A stretch of DNA of 51,443 nucleotides from Eubacteriales bacterium (GTDB lineage: Bacteria; Bacillota; Clostridia; Oscillospirales; CAG-272): NCBI GenBank assembly GCA_045532805.1, contig JAZSGQ010000073.1, positions 1 to 51,443 on the forward strand, given 5' to 3'. Below, in pieces: positions 39,533-47,777 of the stretch. Each line of letters starts with the position of its first letter. Positions within the stretch are counted from its first letter, which is position 1. A program made the position numbers and the translations under genes. The notes under the pieces are model-generated. The model searched no databases and was not told where the DNA came from. It saw nothing but the letters and a program-made list of their open reading frames with translations.

Positions 39533-40468
39533 TTACTGTCCCACCTTTGAAAGCATTTTCTTGACCAGCATATTGGAGCCGATCATAATGGCGAACAGCA
39601 CGACCGCGATAGCGGAGGAATAACCCACCTCAAAACGCGATCCGCCGTAGTCGTCCAGGTGGTGCATGATGGTATGCGCGGCGTAGTCCACCGAGGGGAA
39701 GCCGCACAACGCGGTAACGACGCCACCAAAGCCGAAGGCCGAGGTGATCGCCATGATCGCACCGAACATCAACTGCGGACGCATCGAGGGCAGTGTGATG
39801 TACCAAAGTTCTTGCCAACGGTTGCGGACACCGTCCACGGCGCCTGCCTCGTACATCGAGCGGTCGATACCCTGCAGACCTGCAATGAAGGACAGGAACG
39901 AGGTACCAAGCGACGTCCAGAGCGCGACCACGATACAAAGAGGCATAACGTAGTCGGCATCCTGGAACCACGCGATCGGCTCGGTGATCAGACCGAAGTC
40001 AAGCAAAATACCGTTGACCCAACCGTAGGAGTCCGCGGAGAACAGCGTACCCCAGATCATGTATACGTGACCCGAAATGGAGGGCGCGTAGAAGATCAGA
40101 GTGACCACGGCGCGGATCTTGGGAGGAAGCTCGTTGATGAACCATGCAACGAGCAGCGACATCAGGTAGGAGCAAGGTCCTACGATGACGGCAAATACCA
40201 TAGTGTTCTGAACGGCGATGATGAAGATATCGTCGTCAAGGAAAAGCCGAATATAGTTGTCGAGGAACACAAAATTCGGGATCTGTAACAGGTTAAAGTC
40301 CGTAAAACTGATCACTATGGACAACAGCACGGGAACGACGGTAAAGAGCGTGAAGATCAGCATATAGGGTGCGACCATCAGGTACGCGACCTTATGCTTC
40401 TTCATCTCATTCCACGTCCACTGTGCACGTGTCATATCAGAACGGATAACCGCTTTCTTTTTCGACAT
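39533..40468 (-). CDS. Carbohydrate ABC transporter permease (MalF-like)
   Basis: FYAPSISG, YEAGAVDG, ELWYITLP; alternative start at 40474. Confidence 0.9.
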   Translation of the reverse strand: MSKKKAVIRSDMTRAQWTWNEMKKHKVAYLMVAPYMLIFTLFTVVPVLLSIVISFTDFNLLQIPNFVFLDNYIRLFLDDDIFIIAVQNTMVFAVIVGPCSYLMSLLVAWFINELPPKIRAVVTLIFYAPSISGHVYMIWGTLFSADSYGWVNGILLDFGLITEPIAWFQDADYVMPLCIVVALWTSLGTSFLSFIAGLQGIDRSMYEAGAVDGVRNRWQELWYITLPSMRPQLMFGAIMAITSAFGFGGVVTALCGFPSVDYAAHTIMHHLDDYGGSRFEVGYSSAIAVVLFAIMIGSNMLVKKMLSKVGQ

Positions 40469-40498
40469 GTGCATGATCTCCTTCTAAAGTTTCGCTTC

Positions 40499-43400
40499 TT
40501 ACTGACTCTGCTTATCAAGCACCAACACAGCGGCGTTCAGTGCCTTGATGGTGTCTTCAAAGGCCTTTGCGTCCACGGCGGCAAATGCGGCGGCCGCGGC
40601 CTCAAGGTCGGGTGCGTTCTCACGCTTGATACCGTTGTTCATCAGTGCGATGGCACCGGCGGCGGCGTTCAGCGTGGAGTCGCTTACGTCCTCGGATTCC
40701 TCCTCAAACGCACTCTGAATCTGACCCAGGCGCTTCTGAAGGAGCGTCTGACCGAGTTCCAGCGTCTCCAGACCAAACTCGGCACGCTTACGCGTGATCT
40801 CCTTGTTGATCGTGGTGATGTAACTTCTCAACTCGTCGATGGGGTTCGCATTGTCGTTATAAGCGGCAAGGAATGCAAAGTTGGTGTAACGGCCGATGAT
40901 ATAGCTGCCGGGATAGTTGGGAATGGAAGCGAGGTTATTGAACTGCTTCTTGAGCTGTGCGTACTCGGCGCGCGTCCAGGGCATCTCCTCCAGTGCGTGG
41001 AGGTTGGCCGTGGAGTGCTTTGCGGAGGGACCGATGATGGCCACCATCTCGTTGGAGTACTTCACCTGGCAATCCTTACCGGAGTGCCACTTCATGAACG
41101 TCCAGGAGTCCTCCTCGTTCTCACAACCGTTCATCATAACGATTGCGGAAACGGCGGAAACCGCCACGTTGTTGATGTTACCCTCTTCATCCATGATACC
41201 GGGCAGGGGGTAGAACTCCCACAGGCCCTTGATCTCGGTAGCAAATACCGTCAGATGGTTATACGTGCCGGTGTAGCTGGCGAAGCCGATGGGCATCTCA
41301 CCGGTACGGAAGCGGTTTGCAAAATCGTAGGAGTAGGGGAAGGAATACATGGTAAAGTAACTGCACATCGTATCGAATGCCTCAAGACCCATATCCGAGT
41401 CGAGGTTGATTCTCATACCGTCGTCGGCGAAGAGTTCGCCGCCCATCTGGTACAGGAAGATCTTGTAGTCGGTGTGCATACCGATCTGCATGTTGTTTGC
41501 CTGAAGCACAGGCACGGCGGCAAGCACGTCGTCCCAGGTCTTGGGGATCTCGATGTCCAGGTCAGCCAGCACGTCGGTGCGGACGAACATCATATTGAAG
41601 CCCTGGGTCTCGGGCAAGCCATAGTAGTGGAAGACGCCGTCGGCATCCTCGATACCAAGCACGATCATGGCCGCTTCATTGAAGTTGGAATTCTCATTCT
41701 TAATGTAGTTGCCATTTGCGTCCTTGATCTTCTGGAAGTTTTCGTCAACCTTATATTCCAGCGCGAAGTCCGCAAAGCCTTCCTGGTCCTCAACGGGAAG
41801 GAGCGCGCCGCGGATCGCGTAGTTGATCACCGTGTCCTCACCGACACCGATGTAAACGTCGGGACCCATGCCCGAAAGCACGGAGGGCAGCAACGTGCCG
41901 CCTGCGACGAGCTGAAGGTTGACACCCACACCATACTGGGGCGTGAAGTCATTGTTGATCAGGTTACGGAGCACCTGGGCCTGGTCACGGCCCGTGGCGA
42001 TCCACACGTCGATGACGTGCTCGCCCTCTTCGTCCTCACCCGTTGCGCCCATACGGTCGTAGTTACGGAAGAAGGACATGAAGAAGCTCTTGATCTCGTG
42101 CCAAACGGAGGCGAAGAAGCCCGCCGTTGCCTGCGGTGCCTCGGTGCCTACGGGCTGTACGGTGATGCAGTCGAGCTGCAAGGGCTGGGTCTTGGCGTCA
42201 CCAAGCCAGGTGCCGAGCGAGCCGATGTAGGACTTGAGCTGATCCAGATACTTGGCGATCTCGTCCTCGTTGGAGCCCATACGCTCCAGCAACCAGCCGA
42301 CCTGCTCCAGCGTTGCCACGTTCGAGCTCTTTTCGCCCGTGATGGCGGCAAGTTCGGCGGCGATGGCGTACATCTCGCGGGACTGAATGATCATATCGAC
42401 CATCGTATCGGGCATGATACGGGAGAAGCCGTAGTCACGGTACTCGTCGGGAGAAGCGCCCGTCAACTTCAGGATCGCGAGGTAGTCGTCGTTGATCGCG
42501 TCAAGGGACGCCTGCACGCGGCGCACGATGTCACCCATCGAACCCACGGTCACTTCCATCTCGATGGTGTAATCCACACCTGCCTCGAAATAGAAGGAGT
42601 AGTAGATCAGATTGCCGTTCTCGTCCGTTTCGCCGTTGTTCATCATCGTGGACTGCCACTTGGAATCGTAGTTGAAGCGCAGTTCGGTCGCCTCGCTGAA
42701 GGGCACGCCGTCATAGTAACCCTTATCGCCCTCGTTCAGGCCGTCACTGTAAATGTACAGTGCGCGGTTGACGTACATACCGTCCAGCACGTTCTGGCGG
42801 TAGCGCGCACCGATGTTATACATACCCGAAGTGCCCACACGGAAGGTGTAGCGCACCCACTGGCCTGCGGTCTGCCACTTCTCACCGCCGATGGTGTTGA
42901 GCACCGTGCGGCTGGTATCGGCGGGCTGGGTAGCCGCATCGGTACGGTCCTCGATGGGGTACACGGTGTTGGTGGAAGTTGCACCCGTGAACTCAGCCTG
43001 AATGGTCAGGGAGTCCTTACCGGGCTCGATGCCCTCGAATGCCTTGAGGTAGTCGTCGTAACTCACGTAACTCTCGTGAGGAATGAGCGCGATGGACTTG
43101 ACAGTCATGGGCTCATTCACGGCCTCCAGAGAAATGCGAACCTCGCCGTTCTCATCGGGCTCGACGGCAAACAGGAAGGATTCCGAGTAGAAGCCGTCGA
43201 TGTCACGCACCTCGTAGGAGCGCCATTCGGGCGCCTGCACCGTGGTGGGACGGAGTTCGTTGTTGTCGATATCGCTGGTGAGGAAGCGCACCGCATAGGT
43301 GTTGACGAAGGCGGTCTTGCCTGCCGTCCATACCTCGGGGATCGCCACCTCCACGCAGTCGTCCTTCTTTACGGCCTCGGTCTCGGTGAAGCCCGCGGCA

Positions 43401-43939
43401 AGGGCGGCGGCGTAGATCTCGTCAACACTCGCATCATCGTCGCTGACCTTGGCGACGGTGTACGTGTTCTTCCAGATCTTGGGAAGCGTGACGTAGCGCG
43501 CTTCTGCGAACGGAATTTTGCCGTTGATCTTCAGAATACGCTCGACCGCGGCGGCTTTCGCCTGGTCGGGATAGTATTCGATCACGATGCTGTACTTGGC
43601 GGCGCTCTTCACGTCCGTAGTGACCCAGGTAACCGTACCCAGATCGGGAGCGTAGACGGAGCCGTCCTCCAGCACCTTCACCTCGGCAGTGGTCGCCTCG
43701 GCGTCGACCTGACTGCCGGGAATGATCACTGCGCTCGTGGCGTCGGGCAGCTCGGCGTGTTCTTCGATGTACACCTCGTAGCTGTCGGCGTTGAGCTGTT
43801 CCTTGATGTCGGCCAGGTTCTTGTCCGTTACGGAACTGTTGTCATCTTCCGCACCGACGCTCAAAACGGTTGAGCCGCCGATGAGAAAACACAGCGCCAT
43901 AAAGAACGCGAGTAACCGTTGGAACTTGGTTTTCTTCAT
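40499..43939 (-). CDS. Very large extracellular solute-binding protein with N-terminal CBM-like domains
   Basis: Signal peptide; INGKIPFAEA, LNTIGG..W, GRDQAQV, YGLPETQ, FRTGEMPI, PGSYIIGR; GGAGGG RBS. Confidence 0.85.
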   Translation of the reverse strand: MKKTKFQRLLAFFMALCFLIGGSTVLSVGAEDDNSSVTDKNLADIKEQLNADSYEVYIEEHAELPDATSAVIIPGSQVDAEATTAEVKVLEDGSVYAPDLGTVTWVTTDVKSAAKYSIVIEYYPDQAKAAAVERILKINGKIPFAEARYVTLPKIWKNTYTVAKVSDDDASVDEIYAAALAAGFTETEAVKKDDCVEVAIPEVWTAGKTAFVNTYAVRFLTSDIDNNELRPTTVQAPEWRSYEVRDIDGFYSESFLFAVEPDENGEVRISLEAVNEPMTVKSIALIPHESYVSYDDYLKAFEGIEPGKDSLTIQAEFTGATSTNTVYPIEDRTDAATQPADTSRTVLNTIGGEKWQTAGQWVRYTFRVGTSGMYNIGARYRQNVLDGMYVNRALYIYSDGLNEGDKGYYDGVPFSEATELRFNYDSKWQSTMMNNGETDENGNLIYYSFYFEAGVDYTIEMEVTVGSMGDIVRRVQASLDAINDDYLAILKLTGASPDEYRDYGFSRIMPDTMVDMIIQSREMYAIAAELAAITGEKSSNVATLEQVGWLLERMGSNEDEIAKYLDQLKSYIGSLGTWLGDAKTQPLQLDCITVQPVGTEAPQATAGFFASVWHEIKSFFMSFFRNYDRMGATGEDEEGEHVIDVWIATGRDQAQVLRNLINNDFTPQYGVGVNLQLVAGGTLLPSVLSGMGPDVYIGVGEDTVINYAIRGALLPVEDQEGFADFALEYKVDENFQKIKDANGNYIKNENSNFNEAAMIVLGIEDADGVFHYYGLPETQGFNMMFVRTDVLADLDIEIPKTWDDVLAAVPVLQANNMQIGMHTDYKIFLYQMGGELFADDGMRINLDSDMGLEAFDTMCSYFTMYSFPYSYDFANRFRTGEMPIGFASYTGTYNHLTVFATEIKGLWEFYPLPGIMDEEGNINNVAVSAVSAIVMMNGCENEEDSWTFMKWHSGKDCQVKYSNEMVAIIGPSAKHSTANLHALEEMPWTRAEYAQLKKQFNNLASIPNYPGSYIIGRYTNFAFLAAYNDNANPIDELRSYITTINKEITRKRAEFGLETLELGQTLLQKRLGQIQSAFEEESEDVSDSTLNAAAGAIALMNNGIKRENAPDLEAAAAAFAAVDAKAFEDTIKALNAAVLVLDKQSQ

Positions 43940-44062
43940 GTTTCCCTCCTGTGTTCCGATTGCAACACGCAATCTTTGGTTTGCACGTTACGTACGCGCT
44001 ACGCATGCACGCGTCGCGCGAACGCTGACGGCTCGCACAGAGCGAGCCCCACGTATGGAAAT

Positions 44063-44092
44063 ATTTTATCATATAAGGAGGCGAAAAGTCAA
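44063..44092 (-). promoter_or_regulatory. Sigma-A-like promoter of the sugar-uptake operon
   Basis: Minus strand TTGACT-18nt-TAAAAT with TG extension. Confidence 0.6.
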
Positions 44093-44556
44093 GGAGAATT
44101 TGCCCCTGCCGAAGTTGTGAACAAAGTCTTGGCCCCCCTTTTGGGCCGTATGAAAGAAAATGGCGTCAAGGGGAGCGTTTTGCGCTTTTTTGCAATTTTG
44201 GCGGTTTTACCACCTCGTTTTCGCTCAATGGTAAATTATATTTACGGCATTTTGCGCAAAAGTCGGTTGGCTCTTTGCTCTGTGCCGAAAATTTCGTCAC
44301 TTTTCGTATAGATTTTTTTCAAGATTCCGGAATGGTAAATATTATTTACCTCTAGGGCGGGATTTGTGCGTTTTGGGGGGTTGTGGATTTTCTGCAACGG
44401 GAGGCGACAAGATTGTGCAAAGCACACAAAAACGCGCTCGTTTTTTCTACACCTATACAACATGCACAAAACACGCAATCTTAACAAAAACTTCACTTTT
44501 AGTCGCCTGCTCGACGCTTTACGCGCGCCCGCGAGTGTCGCGCGTTCCGCGCCAAC

Positions 44557-44632
44557 CCTGCGAAGCAGGATTTCATCGCGCAGCGATTTCATCCACCACA
44601 GGTGGCCTTCATCCGTCGAAGACGGATCTCAT
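44557..44632 (+). repeat. Array of four mini-hairpins separated by an ATTTCAT linker
   Basis: CCTGC-GAA-GCAGG, CGC-GCA-GCG, CCACC-ACA-GGTGG, CCGTC-GAA-GACGG. Confidence 0.8.
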
Positions 44633-44681
44633 TTCGTGCGATCTGTTCAGGATAGGCGCGCGGCGCGAGGTGACAGGAAAA

Positions 44682-44913
44682 GGCCCTCCTTGCGAGTTTT
44701 CCTCGGCTGCGCCGAGCGCGTCAGCACTCGCTTCGCTCGGTTACGGGAAGGAGGACTACCTCTGGTGGTGGGAGGGTAGTCTATTGTTTACTCCCCCACC
44801 ACCGCTGACGCGGTCCCCCGGTCTCGCTGCGGCTCGGTCACGCCACGGCTCTGACATCACACCGTGATGTCATTCACTACCGTGTCGCCGCTTCGCTACC
44901 TCACAAGGGGCGG
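44682..44913. repeat. Inverted pair of REP-like palindromic units, each interrupted by another hairpin element
   Basis: GGTGGTGGGAGGG...CTCCCCCACCACC inverted core; internal TGACATCAC-ACC-GTGATGTCA and TCGGC-TGC-GCCGA hairpins. Confidence 0.6.
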
Positions 44914-45252
44914 ACATGGAGTAACGCGAAGCGAGCGGGCGCGAAACCGCTTCCCTGCCGTCAGATCCTGACGCAAGGTGGCAGATCGGGGCGAAACAAG
45001 TCCGCGCACGGCAAATCGGGGCAATTTCCCTTCCAGAAAGGCAAAAAATCCCGTAACGGGGCGAGTTTTGGCAGTATTCGGCGGCAAAAGGGGGAGACAG
45101 TCGCGGGGCATATTTCCCGTGTCGTTCCCTATCTCATCTTGCGCTTTTTTACGTTCCCCACACGGTGGATATCTCGCACCGTCAGGCGGTGTATGGCGCA
45201 AAAAAGGACGAAACGGCTTAGCGTGTTATCCTTAACGGAGAATACGCTAAAA

Positions 45253-45463
45253 CTAAGTTTGCCCTTTGGGCAAGTGAAGTCATCTTCGATAGTGAAGTTC
45301 ACTTCGTGAGCGAAGTTTCGCCTGCGGCGAAGATAGGGGTTCCCCGAAACGAGCAAAGCGAGTTTTGGGGGTTCCCGAAGTGGGGCAAACTTAACTTCAC
45401 TTGGGTGTAAGCTCAAACTTCACTGCGCAGCAACTTCACTTTTGCGTCAGCAAAAACTTTACA
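45253..45463. repeat. Two inverted arrays of mini-hairpins separated by the 9-nt linker AACTTCACT
   Basis: Left arm AGTGAAGTT-type linkers (45273, 45291, 45309); right arm AACTTCACT (45393, 45416, 45432) and AACTTTACA (45455). Confidence 0.8.
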
Positions 45464-45508
45464 GAGCAAAAAAGAGCTTCACGGAAAGTTTATTAAAAAA
45501 ACAGCAAA

Positions 45509-45539
45509 CACCCCGAGAAACCGTTGATTTCTCGGGGTG
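45509..45539 (-). terminator. Hairpin downstream of pepO
   Basis: CACCCCGAGAAA-CCGTTGA-TTTCTCGGGGTG. Confidence 0.6.
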
Positions 45540-45613
45540 ATAATGTTTTTTAGGGGTGATGTTTTTCGGGGTCCCCGCAAAAGCGTTTTTTCGTGATATG
45601 TTTCGTCCGTTGT

Positions 45614-45637
45614 GGGCGTTTCGTGAAACGCCCCTAC
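45614..45637 (-). repeat. GTAG-type REP palindrome
   Basis: Minus strand GTAG-GGGCGTTTC-AC-GAAACGCCC. Confidence 0.65.
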
Positions 45638-45666
45638 CTGCCAAAAAACCTTTTGTGGGGTGATTT

Positions 45667-47565
45667 TTACCAAATTACAATACGCTTTTCGGGAGCGAGG
45701 TACATTCCGTCGGCTTCCTTTACGTCAAAGGTTTTGTACCATTCCTCAAAGTTTCTGGGAGGCATATTCGCACGGAGCACGCAAGGACCGTGAACGTCCA
45801 CGGAAAGGAGCATCTGCAGGTATTCGGGACGCGCCTTCTGGCACCATACTCTTGCCCAGTTGCGGAAATATTCTTCGTAGGAAGCGCCCTCGGTGTTTGC
45901 CATAATATCAAGCGTTACGGACATACCGCCGTTATCCGCCATATTCTCACTTACGATAAACGCGCCGTTGACCTTACCCTGAGGAAGCTCAATACCGTCG
46001 AACTGCTCGATCATCTGCTGAACCTTTGCTCCAAATCTCTTGAAATCTTCTTCGGTCCACCAGTCGTTTATATTACCGTTTTCATCGCACTTTGCACCGT
46101 TGGAGTCAAACGCGTGGGAGATCTCGTGGCCGATAACACCGCCGATACCGCCCAGATTTTCGCTTCTGGTCTGCTTAAGGGAGTAGAAGGGAGCCTGCAG
46201 AATAGCCGCAGGGAAGGTGATATCGTTTACAAAAGGATCGTAGCAAGCGTTTACCATATGGCCGGGCATTGCCCAGTTTTCGGGCTCGGTGGGCATATCC
46301 AGCTTGCTCAAGGAATCCTCTTCACGGATAGCCTTCAGAGTAAGCATTATATCAAAGAGGGAATCTTCGGGGTTGAATACAAGCTTTTCGTAAACTGCAC
46401 GTGACTTGTCGGGATAACCCATCTTAACACCCATTGTGGAAAGCTTGAGTATTGCTTTTTCTCTGGTTTCTTCGCCCAGAATTTCGTTTGTCTTGATACG
46501 GGTCTTGTAGGTATCGATAATCTGACGAACTATCTCGGTAATATCCTTCTTCGCCTCTTCGCCGAAGTATTTTACACCGTAGTAAATTCCCACGGGCTCG
46601 GAATACATACTTGAAGCGAGGTTGTATGCAAACTTCTCTATAGACTGCATCTTTGCCACGCCCATAAGCGCACGGCTGTATGCACCGCCCAATTCGCGCA
46701 GCTCTTCGGAAAGGAAGTTGCAGGCTTTCATAAGTCCCGTTACGTATGCCCAGTGCTTGTATTTTTCAAGGCTTTCGCCGTTGAACAGGGTTGCAAATCC
46801 GCCGAAATATCTGGGCTCGGTAACAACCACCGTTTCGGGTACGTGACCGAAAAGACCGGTCAGAATTACGTCAAAGTCAACGGTGGAGAGCATTTCGGAA
46901 ACCTTGGCGGTATCCATAGGATTATACATTTCAACGTATCTTGACCATTCCTCGCTGGTCTTGGCAAGAGAACCGATCACCTCGTCAAACGCCAAAGCGT
47001 CGTTAACATACTGTTCTTGCTGTTCGGGGGTAAGGTCGGTCTGCGCCATAACAGCCTTGGCAACGTTTGTCCATATGCCGATTATTTGCGCCTTCTGCGC
47101 CGCCATCTCGGGCTTATAGTAAGATGCATCGGGCAAAATTACGCTTGCGCCCTGAAGGTATACCAGGCGGCGCTTGGTATTCTTCATATCCGTATCAACG
47201 CCTATATTCATAGGGGTGGGGATTCCCTTTAAGGACAAAGTCTTGTAAAGACGGCTGAAATCCTCGGTGGTTTTAACCTCATCAAGTACGGCGAGGTTGT
47301 TGAGTGCGGGTGTAATACCGTGCGCCGCTTTTCTGTCTGCGTCCTTTGCAATAGCGTACAATTCGCAAGCTCTTTTAAGATGTTCGTCGGGGTACTCACC
47401 GCTTGCGGACATAGCTTCAAATTCACCCATCATTATCTTCTCAACACCGTCTGCCAGCTCGGTAAAGCCGCCTGCCGTAGGTTTGTCATCGGGGATAACC
47501 AGCTTATCCAGGGTTTCTTGGTTTACAAATCCGTAAAGATCGTCTTGTATTCTGATGTTTTCCAT
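45667..47565 (-). CDS. pepO: M13 family metalloendopeptidase (PepO-like)
   Basis: QDDLYGFVN, VNACY, FPAAILQ, HEISH zinc motif, ENMADNGG. Confidence 0.92.
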   Translation of the reverse strand: MENIRIQDDLYGFVNQETLDKLVIPDDKPTAGGFTELADGVEKIMMGEFEAMSASGEYPDEHLKRACELYAIAKDADRKAAHGITPALNNLAVLDEVKTTEDFSRLYKTLSLKGIPTPMNIGVDTDMKNTKRRLVYLQGASVILPDASYYKPEMAAQKAQIIGIWTNVAKAVMAQTDLTPEQQEQYVNDALAFDEVIGSLAKTSEEWSRYVEMYNPMDTAKVSEMLSTVDFDVILTGLFGHVPETVVVTEPRYFGGFATLFNGESLEKYKHWAYVTGLMKACNFLSEELRELGGAYSRALMGVAKMQSIEKFAYNLASSMYSEPVGIYYGVKYFGEEAKKDITEIVRQIIDTYKTRIKTNEILGEETREKAILKLSTMGVKMGYPDKSRAVYEKLVFNPEDSLFDIMLTLKAIREEDSLSKLDMPTEPENWAMPGHMVNACYDPFVNDITFPAAILQAPFYSLKQTRSENLGGIGGVIGHEISHAFDSNGAKCDENGNINDWWTEEDFKRFGAKVQQMIEQFDGIELPQGKVNGAFIVSENMADNGGMSVTLDIMANTEGASYEEYFRNWARVWCQKARPEYLQMLLSVDVHGPCVLRANMPPRNFEEWYKTFDVKEADGMYLAPEKRIVIW

Positions 47566-47599
47566 TTTTCTTCTCCTGTAATCGTATTTCTTTTTCCAT

Positions 47600-47628
47600 A
47601 TTGTACCACGGAAAGTTCAAAAAGACAA
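47600..47628 (-). promoter_or_regulatory. Sigma-A-like promoter of pepO
   Basis: Minus strand TTGTCT-17nt-TACAAT with TG extension. Confidence 0.6.
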
Positions 47629-47666
47629 TATGAAATAGGATAAAAATCAAGTGAAACTCCTATATC

Positions 47667-47707
47667 AAAAAACGGCATCACCCTAAAAGGGCGATGCTGT
47701 TTTTTTG
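47667..47707. terminator. Bidirectional terminator downstream of the nuclease gene
   Basis: AAAAAACGGCATCACCCT-AAA-AGGGCGATGCTGTTTTTTTT. Confidence 0.7.
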
Positions 47708-47777
47708 GCTATGGGCTACGAAAAAGATATTTTTCTGAAATTGCTGTATAATTTTGAACTTTCACAAAATAACAAAA

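Noticed and set aside
28..43873. Many long antisense ORFs (e.g. 28-2097, 8993-10660, 21076-23454, 30522-32744, 32590-35079, 36329-38608, 40394-43873)
   Set aside because: They mirror well-supported genes on the opposite strand, lack RBSs and motifs, and are expected from GC-rich codon bias
44412..44470. TTGTGCAAAGCACACAA and TATACAACATGCACAA as Rex- or CcpA-like operators
   Set aside because: Poor match to either consensus and far from the predicted promoter
45253..45463. Possible mini-CRISPR
   Set aside because: Repeats are 9 nt, the intervening units are 7-14-nt palindromes and the arms are inverted; reported as a hairpin array instead
44100..45660. Short ORFs across the repeat hub
   Set aside because: No RBS or motifs, atypical composition, and they run through palindromic repeats
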